This document shows positions 13,293-25,190 of a DNA stretch of 64,000 nucleotides, piece after piece. Under the pieces are notes generated by a model. The model was not told the origin of the DNA and did not search any database. It saw only the letters and a program-made list of their open reading frames with translations. The translations under genes were made by a program, and so were the position numbers. The stretch spans positions 630,935-694,934 of the forward strand of contig NW_004797603.1 of the NCBI RefSeq assembly GCF_000002075.1. Reading direction: 5' to 3'. Position 1 is the stretch's first letter. Each line of letters begins with the position of its first letter. The DNA comes from Aplysia californica (lineage: Eukaryota).

Positions 13293-14667
13293 ATGTTATT
13301 TCTCAATCTTTTTCAATTCTGTTTCAAAGATTTGAAGAATACTTTTTTAATTTGAAGAATCCAGGATTCTACTTTAAGTAGCATCCTTAAATACAATTAC
13401 TCATACACATGATGTACCTCAGTCAAAACTCAATTTTCAAATCTTCAGTGTTTAGTTTAAAACATTACACAGGGTAGACTAACATTATCGACCGGTTAAA
13501 AGAGCTAGCCATCTCTTATTATAATTCTCTGGTCGGCAGCAACAACAAGACTACCTACATAGGCCTAGCATATGCCAACTCCGACAGCTACCTTTACTTA
13601 TTTTCTCATATTTTTACCCCAAATCCAAGCCATTTTTTTCAGATTTCCAGAAAATGTTCCTCCTTTTTTTTTTCAAGTTTCGATTAAAAAGGTGTCGGAG
13701 CTTTGAAAGCAGCTACCGCTACTATTGCCACTCCTGCTACGACGACTTATACACACTGAAATTGCAGCATAGAACCAGATGGACATACTAATATGGGAGG
13801 TAAATGATAATGGCTTGTTGACCTCGACCAAAAGGTCAAAGGTTGTTTCTTTATTGCAGTCCCCCAGTGCGAAACGCTATGGTATTGCAGTCCCCTGGTA
13901 GATCTAAGCAGCGCTAGGGGACAGTTCCCTAACAACTTCCTTTTTGAAAATACCTACAAAGTAGCATTGTGTTGAAAGGAAATCATTCTGAATTTTTGAC
14001 TCCTGGTGTTTATTAAATTTTTATCTAAAGATAAATACTTCACACACTACCACTACAGCCCTTAAATATTTGTTATCAACACTTAATGCAGTTGATAGAG
14101 CAGAAGTTTCGGCACCAACTATTTCTAAACAGGGTCCTTGAAAGAAAAAATACATAAAATGTCAGTGACCCCATCTATGAGCATTTTGATTTGAAAGAGA
14201 AACATATATTTAAGACAAAATGACAACCCATCATAGTTATGCAAAAACCTTCCCTAGGGTTAATATTGCTATGGATTTGCAATGCGGGAAAACCACTTTT
14301 TAACAATTAGTATGAAAATGACAAATGAGATACTTAAATCCATTCCTGTTCAACTCTGCCAGAAACTAAAATTCCATGTCGGTTTTTAAAATGGCAAGGC
14401 ATGAGCCTCGTTTCTCTCTCAATGACAAGCCTGATTTTGATCAAAATAAAAACATTACATTAATGACTTGCTTTAATTTCAACGGAGAAAAGACTGTAAG
14501 AGCCCGCATCAGGAGTTAGAATTTACAGTGACCTAAAAGCAATTTACATTAGGGGGACAGCAATGGAAAAACAAAGCTTCTTTTCTGCCCATAACGTACA
14601 AGACTGTCCTAAAACAAATAGTTTGCTAGTATAAGATTGTATCAACAACTCAAAAATGCATATTTAC

Positions 14668-14774
14668 ATTTTGTAGTAAAAGACTTTTGATTCCCCAGTC
14701 TGTGCACTTGGAACAAGGTGGTGATCAATCACAGACAAAACATCCTTGCAGATACCGTTGAGTTCTTTTTCAAT
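14668..14774 (-). CDS. YWHAE: 14-3-3 epsilon coding exon 3
   Basis: TTTTCAG acceptor; [35 protein letters not shown](M); donor AT|GTAAAT; 107 nt. [11 protein letters not shown] is epsilon-type. Confidence 0.97.
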
Positions 14775-15869
14775 CTGAAAAATAGGAATGAAGAAAGTAA
14801 GTAACAGCTGTCAATGCTTAACATCCATTTCAAAGACCCTATTATCCTTTTGCCAAGGGAAGGTGAAAATTTTATCATGCAATAAAAAATCAGTTTAAAA
14901 AAAACCCCAGTTTTAATCCTCTAGCCGTAATTCAAGTTTCGATTCCACCTTTTTTTTAGTTAGAGATTTACGGCACTTGCACAATAATAAAGTTATATAA
15001 GTGCCGAAGATTAGGTGTTACAAGAGAGTAACAAAAACAAAAAAAGGAGGAGGGGAGATAAAGACAACAGATGTTTGATAGCAAAGAAGAAGAAAACCAC
15101 ACTAGAGCACCCGCCAACCACCTACTTCCATCCTGCATTTCCATTAGGGCAGAACATACATATTGACCAGTCAGTGTAAGACTCACCCATACACCAGTTT
15201 TCAAAATGGCATGTAACAGTCTTACATTAAGCAGTCGATATATTATACTGTCAAAACACAATCTATTCGCAGCCTAGATGAACTTTGAATATACGCAAAA
15301 CAGATGTGACTTTGAGTTAATATATAATTTTTTAATTAATTAAGCAGAATATTTAAACCTTGTGAAATATTTCCACCACTTCTTTACACGAGTACATTCG
15401 TTTTGATCACTGAACACCCAAACCACAAATCTAGTCTTAAGGCAATTGCAACACTATCAGGCAATAGTGCTACTAAAGTTGTAACATACGAACAAAAAAA
15501 GAGAGTTAAGGACAATAAAGGTATGATCGGGAAGAAAGACAGCTAATCTTTAATTCTAAGTTTTAGAAAGAGGTTTACAGCGCTTGCAACAATACGGTCA
15601 AGTGCAGAAGATTAGAGGTGTTACAAGCAAGTAACAACCACAAAAAAGGAGGAGAGATAAGGGCGATAGATGTTTGATAGGAGAAAGAGGGAGCAAACCA
15701 CACCATAGCTAATTCTGAAGAAACTCAGGCTATTCATAAATGTGTAAACATTGCAAAGAACTTTCCACCCTACCCTAAACAAGGGCAGGAAGACCAAGTC
15801 TCACAAAATGTGGACAGTCTGATACCTATTGATAATGAAAGCTACGGAGAATTGGCCGACTGTACACAC

Positions 15870-16069
15870 CTGCTTTCTGTAATCCTTTGTGATCTGCTGT
15901 TTCTCCTCAGCAACTTTTCCTTCATCTTTTTGTTCTAGACTGCTCACAATCCGCCATGATGCTCTGCGAGCCCCAATGACATTCTTGTAAGCCACAGAAA
16001 GAAGGTTGCGCTCCTCAACAGTGAGCTCAGTACCCTGCTTGGCAACTTTTTTCATGGACTCAACCATTT
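15870..16069 (-). CDS. YWHAE: 14-3-3 epsilon coding exon 2
   Basis: TTTTCAG acceptor; [10 protein letters not shown]...[34 protein letters not shown]...YRKQ; donor CAG|GTGTGT; 200 nt. Confidence 0.98.
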
Positions 16070-16123
16070 CTGAAAAGCAAAAAAACAATCTTTAAGTAGT
16101 GGTAGTAACAAGACTAGTTTTAA

Positions 16124-18100
16124 CCCTTAGAGCGCTGGTTGCGACCACCGGTCGAGACAGCCCGAACTTCTGCCAAGTGTTGATCGCGACCGACCTTATT
16201 ACACGATATACGAAAAGGACGAAGTACTAATTTCTACACTGCTAACTGGAAGGGTACGTAGAATTGATTTCACCGGCCATTTTCATTGTCACAGGGTTTG
16301 AACAAGGAGCGGGGAGTTTTTTGTTTCACGTTGAAGTCAAGTGAGAGGGAAGTTGGAAAATTTGCAATGACGACCAGCGACAAACATGAAAATAGTGTCG
16401 CATCAGATTCAGATGAAGACATTTCGCGTATTTTCCTTGAATCGGAAGATGAAGATTTTGAGTTTTGATGCTAGAGCAGTTACGAATAAGGTGGTGTTGA
16501 TCAGCTCTTAGATTTACTTCAGTCAAGCCCCGCGTGTGACGTTCCCATTGTCGAAGATGAGCGACAACGCTGGAGTAAAGATGACGAATTCGAAATAACA
16601 GAGCTAACAGAGGGACCACAGTTCAATTGGGTACTTGAAACTATATCTATGGAGTCTGTTTAGTATTTTCCACCCGATACAGCATAACTGTTCCAAAAGT
16701 TTGTGGCAGAAACGAATTCGTAATGTGCAAGAAGAGAGACAAAGAAGAGGTGATGCTCTCAGAGCCAAATCTCATCTTCACTTGTGGACTGACACAAACA
16801 TTGGAGAAATGAAAGTGTTTTTTGGCCTGCTGTTACTGATGGGCCTAGTGAAGAAATCATCTCTGTGTTCATATTGGGTGACTGTTGATCCCAGGGCTAC
16901 CCCATAACAAAAAGATGTAAAGGGATAGATTTTTATTGCTGCTGTCAAACCTCCACATTGCAGACAACGAACTGGATAACACTGACGCCCCGTACAAAGT
17001 GAGACCGCCTCTGTCGCATTTTCAGGAAGTGTTCAAACATACATACAAGAAACAAATATTTCTGTGGACGGGGCTATTTGCCCATTCAAAGGGAGGATCC
17101 TGTTTAAAATTTATAACCCAGCAAAGCCTAAGAAATTCGGGATAAAACTACATGACCGCATGACCTGAGAAGCCAGCTCTGAGTACTGCTACAGCTTTGA
17201 TGTCAATCATGGCGCCACAGACTTAGCTGCTACTAGACAGGTTCCAGTGACAGCTACACAGACCATTAACATTGTAATAGGTTCGATGGAGTATGCCACT
17301 TTCTTTTGCACCATCTCTACATGGACTACTATTTCTTGTGGAGAGAAGGATGTGTGCATGTGGCACATTTCATGCCAAACATAGGTGTTCCTCAGGTGAA
17401 GACAAAACTCAGACCCTTTGACTTTGTACTCAGGCAAATGCTTGCCGTTCTCTCTAAGAGAAGAGACGTAAAAATGCTCTTGACCATTCATACTGCTAAA
17501 GGCCGTGTGACATACCACCCAAGCCTAACACCTGCTAGGCTACCGTGATGAAGCCAGCCGATATCAAAGACTACACTTCGCACATGGGAGGTGTCGATCT
17601 TATGGACCAGGTGTCCGAACTATTCAACATTGGCGCTCGTTCAAATGGTGGAGGAAACTAGCTTTCTGTTTAACCAAGCGGGCAGCCACAAATGCGTACA
17701 TTCTATATGATATCGCAAGTTCGGGGACAAAAACCAGTGCCTCACGACCAAGCCATGGAGAAACTAGTGACCCACCTGATTGCCCAAGGCAATGACATTC
17801 AAACAGAAGCCAGGAAAAAAGTCGCCGTTCCCAGTCTTGCCCCCACTCCCCAAGAACCGCGGCTCACGGCACATCCCTTCTGTGACAGGATTCCAGCACA
17901 GAAGGGGCAAGGCACAAACACCCTATGCCCGATTGCGTCGTTTGCAAGCCTCCCTCATAACAAAATAGCCAATTTCAAGCGAAAACGGACAGGATTTTGT
18001 AGCCCAGACTGCCGTACCCACGTGCATCCTGAGAGGTTTAAGACTGTATCACAGAGCTGGACTACTACAAGGCCTATTGACTTGAGATGGAGGCTGAGCA
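16124..18100 (+). mobile_element. Decayed piggyBac (PGBD4-like) transposon in 14-3-3e intron 1
   Basis: TTAA|CCCTT left end; frameshifted motifs EMKVFFGLLLLMGL, LHIADN, YKVRP, PFKGR..F..YNPAKPKKFGIK, HHLYMDYYF, DVKMLLTIH, KP..IKDY..HMGGVDLMDQ, KWWRKL, NAYILY and a Cys-rich tail; no right TIR found. Confidence 0.9.
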
Positions 18101-18229
18101 ACAGATGGAAATGAGAAAAGTGGACAGAGTATAGCCAAAATGGAAGAGGAGAAATGCAAGACAGGAAAGCGAAGAGAAAAACTGCGAGAAGAGCTAAAGA
18201 AGCAAAGTGGAGAAAGAAAATAGAGGATG

Positions 18230-18425
18230 CAAGAAGAGAGGAGACTAGCCAAGGAGAAGGGGACGGAGAATAAAAAGAAGCAAGAGAGGAGACTAGCCAA
18301 GGAGAAGGGGACGGGGAATAAAAAGAAGCAAGAGAGGAGACTAGCCAAGGAGAAGGGGACGGAGAATAAAAAGAAGCAAGAGAGGAGACTAGCCAAGGAG
18401 AAGGGGACGGAGAATAAAAAGAAGC
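18230..18425 (+). repeat. 48-bp purine-rich minisatellite, 4 copies
   Basis: Unit CAAGAGAGGAGACTAGCCAAGGAGAAGGGGACGGAGAATAAAAAGAAG. Confidence 0.95.
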
Positions 18426-21400
18426 AAAAGAAAAGTGCAAAGTGAAAGGAAACAAATACAAGAAGAGGTTGAGCGATTCAGACTATGATACAACTTACAA
18501 GTGCAGATATCAAAGAAAGTGAAATGATACTGTTTGATGAAGATGACCTGCAGTTGGAAGATTTCATGGAAGAAGAATGTTCGACTGAGGAATCCATGCT
18601 TGCCTAAGTGGGGGTTGTGGAAGGACATGAAACTCCACAGAGAACGCTTGAACTTGATGAAGGATCAAGAGTGGGACCACAGACAGAGAGAAATAGAAAG
18701 TGTTGCTGTTGACAATGAAGGCATAGAAAACAAAACACAAGTGGTTGAAGCATTTATAAGAAAGAAAAAAAAGACATGCTTGAGAGTGACGGAGATGGGA
18801 ACAAAAAGACCAGTGGTCGGAGTTGAAGAGAATAATATGCTATGCGTGAGATGAATGAAAAAGAGGTGGAGGACTGCAACATGGTCGGAACTGAAACGAA
18901 ATGCCAGCATTGGCTGAAGCGGAAGGAAAGCCAGACACTGTGCACGAGAGTGGGGATTCATTTGGTCAGCATGGTGGTTTATGTAGATCGTACCTTGAGG
19001 CCAGAGGCGTGAGACTTGTCCGTTTTGCTCTTATCAAAAGTAGACGTAATCTAGATCTACCACTCTTGCATTTTTTTGCAAAGACCTCACTGTCATCGAT
19101 TTCCTTTTTGTTTTCATGCCCTGATCAAAAGTAGATTGAATCTCATTTAAGTTGTATGTACCATTCTTTAATTTTGAACGTCCCCGTTTGCATTCTGAGT
19201 CACTGATTTCCATTTCGTTTGCATGCTCAGATCAAGAGTCTGTTGAATCTCATTAAAGTTGAATGTAGGCCTACCATATTTCAAATTGCACCTTATGCGT
19301 TTGTTACTGATTTCCTTCATTGTTTGTCATGTTTTCAAGTGTTTGAAGCTTGTTTAAGGCCTGGCCACATAACGGGCATGGATTCGGCCGCACCTATGTC
19401 AGGTGGCCGCATCGTTGGCTCGTCGTCGGCCGCACCGAGGGTTTGTTTACTTGTGTGAAGGACCGACATCACTGCACAAGGAGAATCCCCATAAGCGATC
19501 CGTCCCCTGAAGAAGCACATCTCGAAGTGTGTAGATGCTGACGGTTCCAAGCAATGGTTGATTCCATAGCCTTCTGCTCCTTCCACAAGTTTTGAACTTC
19601 TGCAGGCGCCCCATCCGATTCCAAGCTCACGAAGTCGCTCAAGATGATGGTATTCCAACTCTTCTTGTACTATTTCTGGCGTTTCCCTGACTGAACGTAC
19701 AATTTCAGATTTGCCAGTAAGTCCTGACACAAATAATAGCACTTCAGTACGACAAACAATCTACATAACAAACAAGTTCTTTGGATAATATCCAAGTGTA
19801 CTGTGACTTGACAGCCAGGACTTCAATCTGTTCTTGCCATCAATTATAATAATGGTAATTATACAGTCTTCCCTAAAGAATCCAAGCTCAAGACACTTTA
19901 CAATAAAAACGATCATTTTTAGTGAGCTGAGGTTTTAAAACTCCCAGCTCTGAAAACAACCTCCCCCGACAAGAAAAGGTATAATTAGCTCAGAAGTCAA
20001 ACTCCATATACCAACTCCGCCAGGTTTTACCAATTAACATAGAACGCCTACATAAACATACTACAGTGGAACCTGCCTAAACTGAAACCTGTACCAGACC
20101 ATCCCCCACCTCCTCAATAAATTTCTCTACAATTACCTCTATAAAACGGAACCCTGCTCAAACTGGAAACAGAAAAATTCCTTCCCTTCAAAAGGTTTTA
20201 ACCTGTAGCAAGATAGAAAATACTTTGCTAGCTCAACCATGAAAAAACAAAAACTAAGTTTGTTTTTATCTGCTCTAACTTTTACGCCACACTGCCAAAG
20301 GATGCGGTTTTGGGGTAACTGTTACTCCAACCTTGTTAGCCCTGGGCATACAAATGGTCACGGTCATGTGAGTGTGAAATTGAAATCTCTCCATTGCTTG
20401 TGAAAGTGCCCGAGTGGCGCAACTGCTGGGTAGCCCCTGATGTGAAATTAATTAGGCCACTGCCTGTGGCCTTGATAATGCCAGCCAGCAGAAAAAAAGT
20501 AGGACGGGTGCCATTGGTTGATTGTGCCTATTACAGTAATGGCAGAGAGGCTAGGATAGCACTGTGGTGTGAAGTTTTGACCACTGCCTGCCGACTGGAC
20601 AGGCGACCTTTGATCCCGCCTTTTGGAAACCCAATTTTCTCCAGGTGTATTTTCGGCAATTTTAGCGCGCTTTATTATTGACTTTGCGTTTACTTACCGT
20701 GTTTCAATTTCAAGCATCAGCGTTCTTACTGTTCTGAGCATCAACGATCTAAACGATCTTCTATCACTAGAGCATGGCTGACGTGCTGCAGTTAGCCACT
20801 GACCCAGCATGTCTTCCAATGCAGTATCTCCAAAGATCGTGCATTGTAGTAGAGAATCTTTGGTAACTCCACCGCCTTATAAAAAGTCTGTGGGTATACC
20901 AGGAAGTGATGACATCACATTACTAAAATTAGCAGCCAATCAGGAAGATGCATTATGTATATTTACCAACCCTGAAAGCCCCTGAAGGCTCAGGGCACAG
21001 CAGTTACGCCCCAAGGCAAATGTCTTATTTACATGTGACCGTTTGGATACCCGATTCTTTTCTTTACTATGTCCATTTGAACAGAGGTAACATTCTCTTC
21101 AAGCCAACTTCCTTGACTTACGATCAATATCCCAATCTCACCTGTTTTGTATTTTCTCTGCATCTAGATCTAATGTATTTTCTCTGCATCTAGATCTAGT
21201 TGCGAGTCCTGACTTCAGCTCATATGGTCAAGGCAGTCAAGGTACACCCCTCCACAAGTTACAAAGCCATCCATTTGAGGCAATATGAATTAAGAATGGC
21301 CAACCCAAAGATGACTTGCAATCCTCAAAAACAGTGGTAGCTAGTGGTTCTCAATTGATATTTAATACAAGGGAGTGTATACAGACCCGGTAACCGGGAA

Positions 21401-22574
21401 CAAAGTCACAAAGTATACAGACCCGGTAGGGGAATTCTTTTGTGATTTCGGAGAGTTTCAGCGCCCTCTTGGCTCAGGGTAGACCTAGGCTCTTCTAGAT
21501 CTATGGTCTACATCTAAATCTAGGCAGACAGACATATAAATCTTTGATCTAGTTTCGCGGCCAATCTAGATCTAAATGAAGATTGCGGATGTCTTTTCGA
21601 TGAATGGTCGTTTTTCCTCCGTTTTGGAGTCGGCGGAATCACAATTTGAAGAATAGAACAAGGTACAATGTCATAATTTCAATCGAGCAGTCCCCCCCCC
21701 CCCCCTCTCTCTCCCTCTCTCTCTCTCTCTCTCCCTCTCTCTCTCCTCTCCTCTGTGTATCGCTCGCCTTCTCTTTTTCTTTGCTTGTTTCTGTCTTTCT
21801 TTGTCCCCACCTATTTCCCACTCTATCTTTCTCTCGTTCCCTCCTGTCAACTGGGGCATGTCATATACATTTTGCTAGCACCCCCCCCTCTCTCCCTTTC
21901 CTCTTCTCTCTCTTTCTCTCACACACACACACTAGATTTCTACCGGGTCTGGGGGCTGAAACTTCCCGTAATCACAAAAGAGTTCCCCTACCGGGTCTGT
22001 ATACTTCGTGACTTTGTTCCCGGTTACCGGGTCTGTATACACTTCGTTAATACAATTATGATTTTGATCAAGACTTAAGTCTCAAACATCCCCACAATAA
22101 GGGCAGTACCATCAGGTTTGGACTCAGTAGTCAGGAAACTTGACACAATTGTCACTGTCATTGAAAATGATAAGCACCAGCCCGTTCCTCAGAAGTTGGC
22201 ATCCCTTACTTTGGTTGAAACAAAAGTTACTGTGATATTTTGCTAAAAATAGTCCTTAAGACAGCTTCTTCATCAACTGAGCTAAACAGCGTGAAGCTCT
22301 TTCCCGGAAGAGTTAACAATGGTTGTGGATGAAGGAGCCTGTGGCCTAGATTCTACGTTTTGGTAAACTCTGAAAGCTGGAGAGTTATTTGCATATGAGG
22401 CCCTATCAAGGACGAAAGAGAATTTGCAGTACAGTTTTGCCGTTTTTGCCCAAAGGGGGGGGGTGCCCGGATTGTAACAAAATCCGTAGTTTCTCATCCT
22501 TCGGGCACATAAGATAATACAGTGCCAATGGTTATATAATAAAGAATCAAGATTTTGTGCATAATTTAATACGA

Positions 22575-22764
22575 GTCAGATACAGCATATTAGCTCAGTC
22601 AGACAGCAGTGTAGTAGTGTCAGATACCAGTGTGTAATACAGTCAGATACCAGTGTAGTTGAGTGAGCCAGATGCCAGTGTAGTAGAGTCAGACCAGTGT
22701 AGTTGAATGAGCCAGATGCCAGTGTAGTAGAGTCAGATACCACGTAGCAGAGTGGGTCAGATAC
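22575..22764 (+). repeat. Degenerate 21-25-bp tandem repeat
   Basis: About 8 units of CAGTGTAGTAGAGTCAGATAC-like sequence. Confidence 0.8.
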
Positions 22765-22972
22765 ATAGGCCTTCCCATTAAAATAGCTATAAATGGTGAA
22801 AACCACTTTGCTTTAGACAAACTATCATTGTGTCAAAGTAAGTGTTGATAACAAGCATTAAAAATAATGTTATTAAGCTTGCAAAGAAACAAATGTGATA
22901 ATTATTGAAACAAAGTCACGAAGTATACAGACCCGGTAGGGGAACTCTTTTGTGATTTCGGAAAGTTTCAGT

Positions 22973-23204
22973 NNNNNNNNNNNNNNNNNNNNNNNNNNNN
23001 NNNNNNNNNNNNNNNNNNNNNNNNNNNNNNNNNNNNNNNNNNNNNNNNNNNNNNNNNNNNNNNNNNNNNNNNNNNNNNNNNNNNNNNNNNNNNNNNNNNN
23101 NNNNNNNNNNNNNNNNNNNNNNNNNNNNNNNNNNNNNNNNNNNNNNNNNNNNNNNNNNNNNNNNNNNNNNNNNNNNNNNNNNNNNNNNNNNNNNNNNNNN
23201 NNNN
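22973..23204. other. Assembly gap (others at 54839-55087 and 56858-56992)
   Basis: N runs. Confidence 1.
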
Positions 23205-24668
23205 AAATTATGACATTGTTCTTTTCTTCAAATTGTGATTCCTCAAACTCCAAAACCATAGCTGCCACTCAGGAATTTCAAAAAAGGAGGAAATTCATGC
23301 GAAGGCGGACGCACGCCCTCCGAAGGCCAGAGTAAAACCAGTGAGATCCAGAGGCAATATATACTGGAAAACCTAGCCTATGGTTTTGGAAGGGAAAACT
23401 GTCAAATTTGTTAACCATAGGCAACTGAATTAAAATGTATTTGAACCCCCCCCCCCCCCCCCAAAAAACCCACAACAACAAAAAAACAGAAGGCAGTAAG
23501 TTGACAAACAAGCATTTGAGTCAATTTGACACAGTTTGGAATTGGTGACTAAAAATCCAGTGTTTGTTGCCAGCTGGTGTCTTATAAAAAGATTTCTTTC
23601 ACTTTAAACTTGTACATCGATGTAGAGTGCACGCAGTATTGGATCAAGGAGGCTACACCTTTGCCGCAGTACTGAGCACTCCTGTACAATTGCGGTCCCG
23701 TTGACACTTAACTTGGTAGTGCCCCTGTAGTGTGTAGATCTAAATTGAATTAAAAGTATAGCCTAGGCTATCTAATCTAGATCTAGATATCTAAATATGT
23801 GAAAATATAGATTACATCTAGAAATAGATTATCTAGATCTAGATTCACTTCAACAGCCACAATAGCCATCATGTAAACAAACGGGACCGCAATTGTACAA
23901 GAGTGCCGCGGGCCGCGATTTCTTTATCACACCAAACGCAAAGTGCAGCAAGCGGCTTGTTCAATTTTCTAATGAACTTTTCAAGTCGCACATCGGCTGC
24001 TTCTTTCTCATTCCAGCTCCTTTTATTTTTGCATGCAGCATCAATTTCTCTCGAATTTCCGCCGTTTTCAGTGACAACTTGGCGCGCTAATGACCTGATG
24101 CCCGATCGACACTTCGTTGCTCCACAATAAACAAAGTGAAACTAGCGCTAGGCCTAGAAGAACGGAAGTAGAAAGCTACTGGCAGACATGCGTCATGCAC
24201 AAGCTGCGTTTTCCTCTCTCCCGGTTCGGTGTTTTCCGCGTGTAAAAAAAGTATCGCAATTTGCGACCGAGAGCGGTCCAGCGAAGGAAGGAGGAAAGTA
24301 GCGGGAAAAGCTAGATTAAGCGGAGTTTCCGCTATTTAGCGGGAAAGTGGCAGCTATGCAAAACGGAGGAAAAACGATCGTTCATCGAAAAGACATCCGA
24401 AATCTTCATTTAGATCTAGATACTAGATCTAGGCTAGCCTCGAAACTAGATCAATGATTTGTCTGTCTGTCTAGATCTAGACCACAGATCTAGAAGAACC
24501 TAGGTCTTCCCTGAGCCAAGAGGGCGCTGAAACTTTCCGGAATCACAAAAGAGTTCCCCTACCGGGTCTGTATACTTTGTAACTTTGTTCCCGGTTACCG
24601 GGTCTGTATACACTCCCTTACTGAAAATGACGGAATGTCAAAATACGGCCCGAATCCATGAGAAAACA

Positions 24669-24878
24669 GGTAAGATTGAAGAATACCGGACCAGCGGACT
24701 GATTTTGCCTATGTCTCAACCTTAGGAATTCATAATTATCCCGTTTTTAATATCTCTCAATGGAGAATCTCAGACCGGTAGATCTATTCATTAAAAATTT
24801 TGTCAGGGGGGAGACCCCCCTGAACCCCCCACTCTCGCGCAATAATGTACGAGTGGTCCGGTATTCTTCAATCTTCCC
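24669..24878. mobile_element. ~210-bp MITE; second copy at ~6205-6423
   Basis: TIR AAGATTGAAGAATACCGGACCA / TGGTCCGGTATTCTTCAATCTT; internal sequence nearly identical between the copies. Confidence 0.85.
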
Positions 24879-25091
24879 AAAGGCCACCTCTTGCCTCTAG
24901 GTGAGAATAGTGCAGGCGAGTCTTTTGGCTATTCTCACCCGGTGCGCGTTCACCGTTATAGCCTAGATCTAGGCCAACAAATTTTGCGTTCACCCTAAAC
25001 CACAGAATTCTACACTGTGATAACAGAAAAATTGTAGAATTCTGTGCCTTGAACAAACGTTCCATTAAAACTGTAGCCTACTAAAAGCGTA

Positions 25092-25110
25092 CAATTTTGT
25101 CTGTGGGCAG

Positions 25111-25180
<70 letters not shown>

Positions 25181-25190
25181 AAGAGAGAGA
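25092..25190 (+). repeat. (GA)n microsatellite
   Basis: Direct reading. Confidence 0.97.

Larger units (their letters stand above)
21370..24619. mobile_element. Foldback element with ~250-bp TIRs and two internal TIR-like copies
   Basis: 21370-21615 is the reverse complement of 24365-24619 (GGGAGTGTATACAGACCCGGTAACCGGG...); extra copies at 21940-22045 (-) and 22910-22972 (+). Confidence 0.8.

Noticed and set aside
22873-23335. ORFs spanning N runs (also 54712-55207 and 56791-57073)
   Set aside because: Artefacts of assembly gaps
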